Shown one piece after another: positions 23,170 to 36,708 of a DNA stretch of 64,000 nucleotides (the first letter of the stretch is position 1; each line of letters starts with the position of its first letter). The notes beneath the pieces are model-generated. The model was not told the origin of the DNA. It made no database searches and worked only from the letters and a program-made list of their open reading frames with translations. Made by a program: the position numbers and the translations under genes. Location of the stretch: positions 43,214,001 through 43,278,000 of the forward strand of contig NC_045138.2 in the NCBI RefSeq assembly GCF_008831285.2, given 5' to 3'. This DNA comes from Nymphaea colorata. Its lineage: Eukaryota.

Positions 23170-26072
23170 AAGTATGAAGATCCATATTAAATTCAATTGG
23201 TGAACACAAAATTTAATTGTAGAAATTGTACATTCCTATAATATTAATTCAAACACCCATGAATTTTTTGTTCGTAGAAATTGCCATGAAAAATGTTATA
23301 TAATGTGCCTGCTATTTCAAAAAATTTGTTATATTTTCAAAAGCTTTGTCAAGATAATAATGTTAAATTTGAGCTTTATCTTACCTTATTGTGTGAAAGA
23401 CTTAGCTACAAAGACATTTTTTCTAGAAGGCCCAAATGAAGAACTTCTACTGTTTCAACTTCACAAAAGGAACTATTCATGTTCAGTATTGTTTGTGAGA
23501 AAGTAACTTCGAGACATTGGCACAATAGGCTTGATCATGGAACAACAACAACAATGAATAAGGTTGTGGACAATTTTGGTTTACCTTATGTTAATTTCCT
23601 TAATAGTGTTTGTGAGTCCTCTCTTAAAGGAAAAGGCATGCATACTCTACCTTTTCAGATATTTGGGGTTTTTTATCTGTAAAAGGGTTTATCATTATTA
23701 TGTGGTGCTTATTAATGCTTATTTGTGTTTTGCATGGATTTATTTCCACAAATATAAATATGATGTAATTGATGCATTTACCATTTTCAAACATCATGCC
23801 AAAAGTATTTTAGCTTGCAAGATTAAATTTTTTTATTCTGACTACAGAGGTGATTTTAAACATTAGCTAAAATTCTCTTGAAAAACATGGAATTGGCTGT
23901 CTCATGCCCTCACACTCCTCAACAGAATGGAACTGCACAAGTGGTTTATCCATGAATGCTCATGTTGGAATTTCTCATGAGTTTTGGTGTTATGCTTTCA
24001 GTAACACTATATATCTCATCGACTAAATACCTTTCAATGGACTTGATTACTAGATTTTGAAAAATTTCTGGTGTTTGTGCCTTTCCTTGCCATACATATT
24101 ATAGACAAAGTAAGCTTGACATCAAGTTAGAAAAATGTCCTTTTTTTTCTACATGCTCCTAATCATCATGGATAAGTTTGTCTCATTTTGAAGACTAGTT
24201 TTCAATATATATCCAGGAATGTCATATTTGATGAGAGTAATTTTCCTTTTAAGTACTTGCCTACTCCACAAAGTTCTTGTTTTCCAAACAAATTATACCT
24301 CATTTCAGGATCCTTTGATCATTACTACTCATGAAAGTGATAAAATCAAATTCAAATACCATTCCCCATTCTCATTGATATGATGATAGTGGCACTAGGT
24401 TTAAAGAAAGTGATGTTTATAACAATATCATGCCGTGGCAACAATTATGCCTTTAAGACAAATTCCACTCCAGGTCAAACTCACCATATGATATGACTAG
24501 ATCTTAAGATGATACTCAAAGACCCATGGTGCTTTTGATGGCTAAACATCATGTGTTATAACTTCTCATCACCTACCTTCATTAGAATTCATAGACCATT
24601 ATATTAAGGTCAAGGAGGATCCAAATCAAATTACTATTATGCAAGATGAAACCAATGCACCTGATTGTAACAAAACATTGTTCGATGACATAAGGCACCA
24701 CCTACTGTTGGTTGTAAGTGGATGTAAGCGAAAAGCTCATGGTTCACTTGAAAGATACAAAACATGTTTGGTTGTAAAAAGAATTCAGTCAACAAGAATG
24801 ACTTGACTATTTTGAAACTTTCGATCCAGCTTTCAAACCATCTACACTAAGGCTTGCACTTTTCATTGCACTCAAGTGACATTAGTTAATCAAGCAGCTT
24901 GCTATACATAATATTTATGGCATGGACATTTATCTAAGGATGTTGTATGGAGCAACCACCTAGTTTTGAGCATCCTGTTCCAAAAAAATCATGTTTGCAA
25001 ACTTTACAAGGCTTTATATGGGTAAAACAAATCCCTAGAGCCTGGTATTCTTTAATAAGCAATTTGTAGTTTTTCTAGAGCTATTGTAGACACACTATTC
25101 TTTATTTTCTTAAAAGAAAAAAATTATAATTTATGTACTGGTTTATGTGGATGACGTAATCACAATAATTTCTCTAACTACATAAATAGTCTCATCCAAA
25201 ATCTTGGGGAAAAAATCCTCTCAAAGATCTTGCAAATTTGCATTATTTTCATAGAATTGAAGTTCTTGGGTAAAGAAAGTCCATGGAGCTTACTTAGAAA
25301 AAAATATTCTTGAACTTCTCCTAAAGAGAGGCATGAACAATGTAAAACCTATTTCCACACTAATGGCTTGTTCTCCATTCTTAAGAAATGATGGAACTTA
25401 TTTCAATGATTGAACATTACGTAGAAGTGTTTTTCAAGCTTTACAATATGTCACTTTGATCAGTTTATTTGGTGTACATAGAGTTTGTCAATACATGCAA
25501 GATCCAACTTATGGGCATTGGATTGCAGTGAGATGAATTCTTCAATATTTAAAGGGTATAATTGATCAAAGATTAATATTTGTCATGAAATTGATGAAGT
25601 TATCAATGCCTTTTATCATGCTCATTAGGCTTAGTGTCCAAGTGACAACTGTTTTCAATTGGTGGTTATTTTGTATTATACGAATCCAATCTTATCTCAT
25701 GGAGTTGAAAGAAATAGAAAACTATATCAAGGTCTAGCACAAAAGCTGAGTATAGATCCTGAACTAATGTTGCAGCTGAATTCACTTGGATAACATTGGT
25801 ATAAAAAGTAATTGAAGGTCTAACTTTATGGCATGATAATATTGGTTTTATGCAACTCGAACCTCATCCTCTACACCATGGTATGATTAAATACATTGAA
25901 ACTGATGTGCACTTTATTCGTGATAAAATTTCAAAGGAAGAAATGAAGGCCAACTACATCTCTAATGAAAACCAAATTGCAGATGTATTAACAAAGCCTC
26001 TTTCTGCTACTAGGAATAAAATTTTTATAGCCAAACTCAATGTAAAAAGAGTACATTGAGCTTGAAGGAGAC
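23170..26072 (+). mobile_element. Decayed Ty1/copia pol (protease end, integrase, RT, RNase H)
   Basis: 'VPAISKNLL', 'YCVKDLATK', 'WHNRLDH', 'SCPHTPQQNGTA' (~23900), 'VLVYVDDVI' (~25135), 'SRSSTKAEYR', 'KYIETDVHFIRDK...QIADVLTKPL'. Purine tract TTGAAGGAGAC is followed by TGTC at 26073 (probable 3' LTR start). Many stops and frameshifts. Confidence 0.88.
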
Positions 26073-26299
26073 TGTCAGAGTTAGGAGTTACAAACAGAGA
26101 TGTGTTAAAGAAGAAGATTCAGTTAAAAGTAGAAAATAAAAAAATGGGTGAGATATAAATATGAAATGTTCTACACTTGATGTTAAGTATAAAGACAGTC
26201 TTCCATGTGCAATTAATTTGTAAATGGTAGAAAATAACTGACCCTACATATTTGTCCATTGTAATTGACCACACCAACATTAAGAACGTAAATAATATT

Positions 26300-29200
26300 T
26301 ATGAAAGGCAACAGTTCTCAATGTGGTGTTGACAAAACTTCAAAGTGAAGAGTGGATTGCGGATGTAGCTTGAGAATCAATTGAAGTACATTGAACGTTC
26401 TCTTGTGATTGTGTATTTGTTAATCATTAATTTCTCCATTATTATTTTGACTTGGCATTGACACAATTTTCCCCTAGCTTATGAAATGAAAATTGTGCCC
26501 AATCTTATAGATCAGTTTTGTGTGGTTATCGCTCATATAGCACATAATGTCCAAATTATTAGTGACATATGTAGGCTCACAAACATATTCCAACAATCTT
26601 ACACTTTGGCCCAATATATCATTGCACAATCATATATTATTGGGCAGCCTTATGAGTTCAAAACTGTTATTTTATAAAGTACCAGTTCCATTAAACTTGT
26701 CCACACTTATTAATATAGAATCAAAGCAACATTTGCTATTGTAACGTTATTCATTTTGGCAGGTTGGGCTGGATCGGGTCTAGACCTGGACCCGAGCTCC
26801 ACGCGTGAAGAGGAAGCCCGACGCGGGTTCCCCTTCTCGTCTTCCTCTCTGTCTCCCTCTTTGTTGCCCTCTCATGCCGCAAGTGAGCATCCGACATAGA
26901 GAAGAAGAAGGCAGAGGATAGTGCAGCGGCAACAGAGGTGAAGGGCGGCAGCGGCGGTGCAGAAGTGAGCATCATCAGTCTCTCCCTGTCTCTTCTTTCT
27001 TCTTTCTTATCCTCCTCCCTCTCTCGCTGTTTTCTATCCCAATTCTTTTCTATCGAATCCCTCTCTCACACCCGCAAGCTCTTACGCCCTCTCTCCTGCA
27101 CTCTTTCCCTCCTTCACTACACACTCATTTGTCTGCTTGCCTCTCTCTCTGCATTCTCTCCGACCAACTCTCTCCCGCACTGTCTCCCCTCTGTCTGAAC
27201 TCTCTGTGTCCATCTCCCCTCTCTGTCTGCACACTCTCCCTTTTGTGCTCTTCCTTCACTCTCATCATCTCTCTATTCACACCCTCCCTCTCTCTTGTGC
27301 ACGTCTCTTCTCCCTCGCTTGAACCCGCTATTTCCCTCTCTCTTCGTTGTCCATTACCATCTCCCCCTTTCCGTGTGCCATCTCTCTCTCACTCACATCT
27401 CTCGTGCTCTCTCTCTTGTCTTCAGCCTCCCCCAACCGAAGACCCCTCTCTTAAACTTCCTTTTACTTGTTCTCACCTTTTTGTGGCTGTTGGATTGGAA
27501 TTGCAGCTTGGGGACACGTCTTTCCCCTCATACCAGTGAATTGAAGGAGTTTGGTGGTGACGATATTGTATAATTTTAGCCGTTTGAGGATCAATTGAGC
27601 ATTGAGGTGGCTGTCAGGAACATTGCAGTAGTTTGGACTCTAAGAGTGGGGTGAGCGAGGCCTAATCGGGCCTACATTGTCTAATATTTTCTGTTAGGGC
27701 AAATATAATTATTAATTGAGTATGCTAGACTTAAGATTTGATGATTTATAATGCATGTTAGCAACTTTGCTATTTTGAGGAAGGTCGAGGACTATTTTGG
27801 AAGGATGAGGAATCCATGTCTATAATTATCTTTCTAGCATGATGGGTTAATATTCGAAACGATTAGGAAGCATGGTAGAGATTTGATGTGCTCGAGTAGG
27901 TGTAGGACCATTGTCGTGAACATGTGGCGCATGCTATTGTCGATATGCGTATTGCATTTTTGGTTGGGAAAGAGTGTGTTTGTTGGGAAGACGCCTCAAC
28001 TAAGAAAGCAAGTGAGAAACGTATTAGTGATTGGTTGAATCACAAGCTCGAAGCTTAAATTATTTGGTCACAATGTCAAAGAGTTGGGAAGAGACCTATT
28101 GGAGGGCTTTGTGGGCCGATACTACCTGTCGGCACCCTCTTGAGGTGATGACTTACGCCTCAATGATTCCATTTCAAATATGTATAGATTGTAAAGCAAA
28201 GCAAGTAAAAATCTTTTCGCTTGACTTTGTTTGCAGGTACACCAAGCACGTTGAGTATACCTTGAGCGACAAGATTCGAAGCTTGAGGTGTATTGAGTAT
28301 TTGGCGACACGCAGCAGGTATGGCAGCATTCCAGGCAAATCTCTACTTGGGGCCAACTTTTGAAAGCATGCTTTTCAGGATCATTGGATCCTATGATTAT
28401 GTTGTGATTGAATGAATGTGTTTGAATGATGATGTGATTGGTTTTGTTTTTAACTTACTATACAATTTCATGTGCATGATAGCAATGATAATTGTTTAGG
28501 ACAGATGAGGTAGGGTATCAAGTCGAGTATCTCATCTACTCCAATTGTGCATTAGAAACATCCTAGAATGATAATTGCATAGGACTGCTACGAGCTAATC
28601 ACAGATTGATACTACTATCCATGGTTCGACTAAGTTTTGAAAGATGTGATTGATGTGAATGTTGTAATATGTTTCGTATGCATTGCGGTGGGTATGATGC
28701 AAATGAATGAATTTGAAGGGTAGTTGTACTCATAAATTATGATGGCTAGCTAAGAATATTGACCATATGTGTAGCCCTCATGTGAAGACATTTAAAGGTA
28801 TGGGTGTACTCGTGAAGTGAACTAACCTCATGAGTTAGTCAGTCATTTTGTGAATGTACTTTCATATGTTAAGTAAGAAAGAATAATAGATGTGAGACCA
28901 GTGGGTTGTGGCAATGTGTTTGGGAAATGTCCCGCCTTCGCCGTTGGCCTCACCTGCTCGGAGTGCAGGCGGTGCGAGACCCCAAGATATCATTGTGTGA
29001 TGTGGATGGAGCATTGGGCTCCCACCTTCCCAACCTGGGTGTCCTAGGGAAGGTTGAGTAACTTTCCTTGGAATTCACACATTCATGGACGAGTGTTCTA
29101 CCACTCTAGTGTGAACAGATCCGTATCGTTTCGAGCCACCACGGGTGCCTGTGTTTGAACCCACTAGAACTATCAATTCACTAACTAATGTAAATGAAAT

Positions 29201-32200
29201 GATTGTAAATGAAAAAAATGTGAATGAAGTGTATGTGCATGAAGTGAATGTGATTATTAAAGATGTTAATTATAGTCATTGAGCGGTTTTTACATGTCGT
29301 GGCCTATGTGATGGGCTTTCATGACAAGTCATGTGACAGCATGCTCTATCATGACATGATAATGATTTGTTTTTCTAATTATTATATCCCAGATTTGATC
29401 TCCTACCTTAGAGGGTTAGGGATTTATCTGGTTTGTTGCCATACTTTGAAGGCTAAGCCTTCTGTTGTTTATTTTTTCAGGTTTTGGTAGACCCGAACAA
29501 CAGGTTGATCAGATGGCTCAACTCACATCCTACTGGAGAGATTTTGGGTCTATTGGAATGCCGATGCATCATGTTTTGGTCTCATTGATGCCTTGTTTTT
29601 GTTAGGCATCAATGTTGTGGTTTTGAGGCATTTTTATCATATGTGTTATTGAGAAATATGAAGTGAATTTTGTATGAACTGGATTTATTATAGAGTAGAA
29701 AGTTTGTCCCATTGTCTTTGACTTGCATAGCTCCTTTCCTTTTGAATCGTTGTGTCATCACACCTCAACATTTTATGTTTTAACAAAAAAAGAGTTATTT
29801 GAGGGTCAAAGTGTTGGGGTGCGATAGCTATATTTAATTTAAATAAAGCCATCCACAATCACATTGTCAAATAATTAATGTCAAATGAGGAAATGATGTA
29901 TAACATAAGAATAGATTCAACATGACCATAACATGTATATTTGCAACTGGTTTTCATTACTTATTTTGGGAGATCAAAGCATGTAACCATAGAGTAGAAA
30001 CAAAACCTAAACTGTATTTGTGAAACCTTAATATGTGTGTCCATTATAAAGCACATTTAAAATACAAAGTCTCAATAAACTAGCACATTTTCACTTGACA
30101 AAATAAAATACCTATATGAATGACATACCTTGGGTGCTAAACTCTTAGTGAGTCGATCTGCAATAATGGCGTTTGCCCCAACATGTTGTATGTACACCTG
30201 ACCATCCTATATCATTTATTGCTATGAACTTAATGGCAATATATTTTAACTTTAATGAACTTATATTGTATTATGAGTTATTAAAACTAAACAATTTGAT
30301 GGTCATTCAATGTTTTTTAGAATGTGTAGTCCTATGATAATTTTTTTGCAGGCATATTCCATGGTTGGGTGCCTCATAACATGTTATGAATTGTACAACT
30401 ATAGTCAAATTAGATACAAGTGTTTGCTTAACACTCCTATATGATATAGCTCCTTTTGCCAATAGGTACACATAACATGACATGGATCTAAGACTATGTT
30501 GACTTAGCTAACTCAAAGTCTGAATTGGGGCATTGGTTAAGTCTGAATTTGTTTTCCTTATTAGTTGTGCTATCTCTTAGTTTATAACCCTTTATGCTAT
30601 ATTTTAAAGTACCTTGTTAATATAACTCTTTTGTGTCAATGCAAGAGTCCTTGTGAATGATCTCCATTTACTAGAGATCCATAATGTAAAAGAAGTGTCT
30701 GCATGATATTTAATTTCAAATTTATGCAAGAAATCTCTTGCTTCATGAATTGTCTACATTATTATTGTCTATTATATATCATAGATAGTCCAAAATTAAG
30801 AAAATATATTTATTTATTCGATTTATAACACAGATGAATTTTCTTTAATTTGAAATCTAGTTCCTTTGCATTTCGTAAGACTGATTTTTTGCTCCATTTA
30901 TATTTTTCATTGATATCACAGTTGAGAAATTTTATGTTCACATTCATTTAATGTAGCTACAAATTAAAATGAGCCATAGTGCTATTAAATAGAGTTTTGA
31001 TGAGACTAGAGAGAATTAGAGGCACATTTACCGCACACATTAGCCTCAAAACCAAATTAGGGCACAAGTTAATGAAACTTGTGATGCTATTGAGGGGATA
31101 CTTGCTCTGAAGCATAGGTGAGTTTCTTTAGTTTGCTGACTATTTCCTTTGTATTTCCTAAGATATTTGGTTTTTACTGTTCCATATGTATTGTTTCATT
31201 AATATCACTATTGAGAAACTTTTTGTTAACTTCCATCTAACTTAATTTGAGTTAAAAGGAACCTCTAGTTCCAAAATAATTTTTAAAGACTCTTTTGATG
31301 GAACTAGACAGAAAATCTCTAAATAATCAAAGCTTTTTTTAAAAAATGTTTTGCGTCATTAGATTAATATTACATAGTGAATTCGTCTTAGTCTTAAAAA
31401 TTTGTTTGCAAGTAATGGTTTCATACCTCCAGGTATATTCACATGACATTGTTGTTCATCTAACTTTATTGATGACATCTATCCAATTATAAGAGTTGGA
31501 GCTGTATATTATTTGCTTGAAGTTGACTAGATAATCTTCCATTAAACCTATATTTCCCTTATGTTCATAGAGAAAGAAAATACAATCATTTAGAATTACA
31601 GTTCTCTTCTTTTTAATGGATCTTCTTTATGGTATCTCCACTTGACTCTTTTGACATTGTTAAGTTTTTTGTTCAGTACTTGGAAAAAAGAGATCCACAT
31701 TATTGTCTTCATCTAGTTCCATTAACTGAACAATGTAAAAAATAATGACCCTAGCATTGCTTTGTCTACAATAACTATAGAAAAAGGATTATGTTTCCTG
31801 TTGAAGGTAATGTTCCTCACCTCATCACCCTTGTGAAACTCAACATTCTTAAAGACATAAGCGATTCATCTTATAAAGAAAGGACATTTAATCTGGTCAT
31901 AAAAATTATAGCACATTGATCTTCCAATAAAATAGTTGCTAACCATTTTGAGTCAAATTTTCTTTTTCTTTGTCATGTATAGCATCACCACAACTAGATA
32001 GCCTCAAATATGAAAGTGCTTCATAATAGGCCTCTTGTAAACTAATCATTTGTATGAGGTTCCTAGTATTATTTTAGATGGAACTCGATTTAGAATAAAA
32101 GTTCCAATTTTTATGTCTTTCCCTACCTCTCACCAAAAGGGATTCTAAAAAGGAGTAATCGTTTGTCCTATTCTTTACTATATTTTTTTTTGTCTCTTGG

Positions 32201-32620
32201 AAATATGATTCATCAGTTGAAGAACCTAACATGATATATTGAGGGACTATAAGTACCATTTTAGAATATTAATAAATAGTCCTACACATTGTTCACCTAA
32301 TTCATCAAATGTCTCATAGTATTCACTATCACTATCAAATATGAGGGCTTTAATCCATTTTCTAAGCTAATCTCAAATAAAGCCTTGAATCTATCACAAA
32401 AATAATAGTTCATGAATGTAAAAAAATATTGTTAGCCATTCTAGCAACCCATGATAACCATCTAATTGGTGCCTCTAGGCATTTTAGGGCGCAATAATCT
32501 CTTTCATATGTGAAAGCCTTTCCATGATTGCTAATCATGCATGCAACCTCCATGTCCATTACTTTCCATATTTGATTGTGATTAGGCAGGGCAATGTTAG
32601 ACATAGTTTATGAAGTTGTT
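26300..32620 (-). mobile_element. Highly decayed Mutator (MuDR-like) transposase region, interrupted by a solo LTR
   Basis: Faint motifs on the minus strand: 'TWRLHA' (~32540, MuDR domain), 'KIDSKWL'-like (~31950), 'MELDEDNN' (~31710), SWIM-like 'VDKFNGTG..NSFELIRLP' (~26650-26705). Boundaries uncertain. Confidence 0.45.
26740..29826 (+). mobile_element. Solo LTR (3087 bp), probably Ty3/gypsy Tekay/Del-like
   Basis: Starts TGTAACG and ends GGGGTGCGATA (CA>TA decay of a GGGGYGTKACA-type end); 5-bp TSD GCTAT at 26735-26739 and 29827-29831; no gag/pol, PBS or PPT; long CT-rich tract at 26980-27420. Confidence 0.8.
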
Positions 32621-32729
32621 CTACGTTTTTTGTTTTATAGTTCTACTATGGATATAAAAAATCTTCTTGTTTGGTGAAATCTCAGTCTACACTGTTCCAT
32701 TTGAATAAATATTCTTTTTGCGTACTTAT

Positions 32730-33510
32730 AGTTTTTGATGAGTTTAACTTCTAAATACATCTGCTCAATTATAGTTTTTTGATGAGTTTAAATTGTAGTT
32801 AGATTGATGCAGATTCATTTAGATGATTGTAATCACAGGCATTTATTTATATATATATGATTAAAGTCTATCATTTGCAAAATTGTAGTTCATCCGATGA
32901 GTTTAACTTATAATTACATCTATATAGGTTCATTTAAATGATATTCATCACAAGTATGTATTGATACAAATGAGTTTTAGGTTTTTTATTTACAAAATTG
33001 TACTTATGAATGAGATTTAGGTCCTTCATTTACACAATTATAGTTCATCCAATAAATTTAACTTGTAATTACATTTACAGAGATTCATTTAAATGATTAA
33101 AATCATATGTAATGATGCGAATGGGATCTAAGTCCATCTTATGCATAATTGTAGTTCATTCAATGAGTTTATCGTGTAATTCCATCTGCTAAAGTTCATT
33201 TAATTGATTGTAATTACAAGTATGCATTGATAAAAATAGGATTAGGTCATTCATTTACACAATTATAATTCATCCAATGAGTTTAATTTGTAATCACATC
33301 TATAAAGATTCATTTAAGTTATCGTAATCACAAGTACGTCATGATATGAATGGGATTTAAGTCTATCATTTTGCACAATTTTAGCTCATCCAATGAGTTT
33401 AAATTATAATTTCATTCATAAAGATTCATTTAAATTATTGTAATCATAAGTACATATTGATCCGAAGGAGATTTAGGTCCTTCCTTTACACAATTGTAGT
33501 TTATCCTAAG
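32730..33510. repeat. Degenerate tandem array, ~115-bp unit, ~6-7 copies
   Basis: Unit core AATT(G/A)TAGTTCATCCAATGAGTTTAA...GATTCATTTAAATGATTGTAATCACAAGTA recurs at ~32881, 33036, 33147, 33261, 33377 and 33492. Confidence 0.85.
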
Positions 33511-36500
33511 ATCTATTGGCACTTGTTTTCTTAGCAACTGTTTATTTTCATTTAAACACTAATACAAATTTAAAAGCGTGTAAAATAAAGGAAATTGATA
33601 ATTCCCTTAGATACAAGCCTCTCAATTTTTTAGTTAAACAAGTGACTTAAATGCAAATAACATAGAGAAATTTTTAGTAGCCAACTTAAGTTTTACCACA
33701 TTGACAAGCAAAGTTTCATGATATGAAGCAACTAAATGGAGCATATAAAATTTATCATTACCAAATATAGAACCAAATACTAATTAAATTGAATCCAAAA
33801 ACAACTTAAACTAACTATCTTCAAAGGAACAATATTAACCAAGCCAACAGAATAATAGAACCCCATAAAAGATGACACGACAAATATTCTTATTAATTTT
33901 AAATAACATCCAATTATTAATAATAACTGAAAATGTACTATATTCTCAACCTTGTTCTTCTTGCTATCTGCTACATAGATAAATCTTTTAGTATCATTTG
34001 GATGTTGAAATTTCAACAATCTTGTATTAATACATTTATGTGAGCATTAGTACTCAAATCTATCTACCTAGTGTGCATAGGAATATAAGTTAAATTGACT
34101 TTGAAACACACAAAAAAGAGTGGTATACCTTTATTTTCAAGTCAAATTTGGTCCTTTATAAAATCCTTCTTTGTATGGCCCTTGTCCTTACAAAAAAAAA
34201 AAAAAAAAACTGATTTTCATCCTTGGGCTTTTTTTTTCCCATGAATAAGGGACACATTGCAACTTCTGTAATTGTTTTCCACAATTTTGTATTTGGATAG
34301 TAGGCAAGTGAGCATTTTTACTATTATCTTGCTTCAAGTGAATCTCTTCTTGAGCATCACGAGAAATGAGAGTTCATTTAGAGTTCAACTCTCCTATGGC
34401 AGCTGTTTTGATTTTGAGTTGACTTTATTATGCATAAATAGATAATAAAAAACCAAATGCATGAGAAGTCATCAAATAACCTTAACTTTACCCATGCTTT
34501 TTTGTTTGAAAGTAATATGAAACATTTCCATAACGTGTGTTCCATTCTTTATACTTTATTGAAGCAAGCTTCTTAAAAGGGGTTCATGTTTCAGCCTTTT
34601 GTTTTAGCAAAATGCTTTTTAACTTTCTCTAGAAATATATTGGGACTAGTTTCAATCTTGAAATTTTTTGTCATTGCACACTTCATGAACATTAGAATCA
34701 TGCAAATTAAACATTCTCATTAAAGTAACTTTCATTAGTTAGAGTAGATGGTTATTTCTCCAAGTCTAGTTCCATGCATCGTAAGCAATGACAACATTTT
34801 CTTCAAAGTCATATATTAATCTTTATGACTTGTACTAGGAGAGTTGTCAGACTAAAAATGTTACAAAGTTGACTCCTACTATGGTAGAGTGTTTGAAGAA
34901 GTATTTCCTCATAAACATAGTGGGGTACATATTCCTTGCTGAGGTTGAGGGCCACATGAATTTTCCTACTGTTTAGCTTCTTCAAAGACAGGCCAGTATG
35001 AATACCAAGTGTTTGTCGATTGCTATGTCAGCCATGGCTTTTCTCTATAGATGTCTATCTAGGTTTGTGACTGGAGATGTACCCATCTTCAAAGGATGCA
35101 TGGTCACACTACAGTCATGGTTTTTTAGGCACATAACTTCATAGGGTTACATATAAATGAGACTCCTACTTAAATTAGACAAAAGAGAATAATGTTGTTG
35201 GATTTGCATTAGGAGGACATTGTATGAGACTTCTCCAACCAACACACCATGAGCCCACACTACAGTATAGTTTAAGGGGAAAAACCTGTTGGGGTCCTCG
35301 TCCATTGATGACTATCATCTAGAGTGGTGCTTTCACCAACTTTCTTAAAGACTACTAGACTACTATCCTATGATGACCTTGGGCACTATCTCATAATTTG
35401 ATTTGAAGTCACCACAGTGAATTAGCAAATACCTGTTCACATGTCATGAATGAGAACCACTTTTGCACTTCTATATATATATCCCAAGGTAGCCCTGGGG
35501 TAGGACTATATAGAGTAGTAGAACATTGTCTGTCCCACTTCCCCACATTTAGCAAGGAATGAGTTGTGTCTAGTTGTCCTTACCATTCAGTTGTGTCTAG
35601 TTGTCCTTACCATTCATTGTTTCCTCCTTTTTGTCAAACATTAATGTCTCTTTATGCAAAGCACTACTTTGGCAAATGAATTTCTCCAATATATTGATAT
35701 TTTTCTCTTACTTGCAAACTAGCCCTTCTTCTTTGCTTCAAAAGAGCAACGTGTCTTCCATTCACTATTGGCCTGCATGTCTTGTTTTTCATTCACCAAT
35801 CTTTCTCATATTTCCCGAACTGTGTCATTTTTCAATTTCTATTTTTATTTGATTCTTAGGTTGCAATTGACACGATGCCAAAGATGTTGCACAAGGTTAG
35901 GACCCAATACCAACCGGAATGGGGACAACAATAATGCCAAAAACAATGCCAATGAGAATGGGGAGTTCATGTTACTCCTTACAGACCTCAGAATGAAATA
36001 GGAGGGATTAAACCTGACTACATATGACATGCTTTAGAGGATGATGATCTGGTTTCTCACTGAAAACCACTTTGTGCTGCTAAGAGGAAGTCATGAATGG
36101 GCAGGCACAGTTTTAATCTAGTACTTCAAGCTAGGAGAATGCAATGCAAGACCAAGGGCAACAATCAACAGAACAACTACTTCAATAAGGAAATTCCTAA
36201 TATGGGTGGTGGAAATGTAGGGCCAAACAGTGGGAATCCAGAAACTAGCCTCAGGCATGGAGGCAACATTGCAAATTTCAACATGGCGAATGCAGAATCT
36301 GGTGCTATGACCACATGAGGTAGTGTTGCAAATCTTGGCATGGCAAATATGGGAGGTGGCGCTATGAACATGGGAGGTAGTATAGTTAATCCCATCACTA
36401 TGAACATCGGCATCAACATTCCCAACCTTAGGGCTGCCAATAGGAAACACGCACCCTCAACCCTAGTCATGTTAATCTTAGAGATGGCATCCTTCTAGGG

Positions 36501-36708
36501 AGTGCTCATCAGCCATGGAGCATTATCAATCCTATGAGCAGTTTGAGTATGGGAGGAGGAATTGTGAATCCTGCTAGTTAGCACCATCCTCATAGTAGTA
36601 TGATGAATCTACGGTTCCCTATGCTCTGGGAAGAGGGAAAACTAATGCAACTGGAAGATTCCTTAAACAATGCTCCCACAACAGGAATGTATGGGCATGT
36701 GAGAAATG

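Noticed and set aside
26751..27573. Leu/Ser-rich ORFs resembling membrane proteins
   Set aside because: Translation of the CT-rich tract of the solo LTR.
32730..33510. CRISPR-like regular repeat array
   Set aside because: Units are contiguous diverged tandem copies with no unique spacers; the context is eukaryotic and there are no cas genes.
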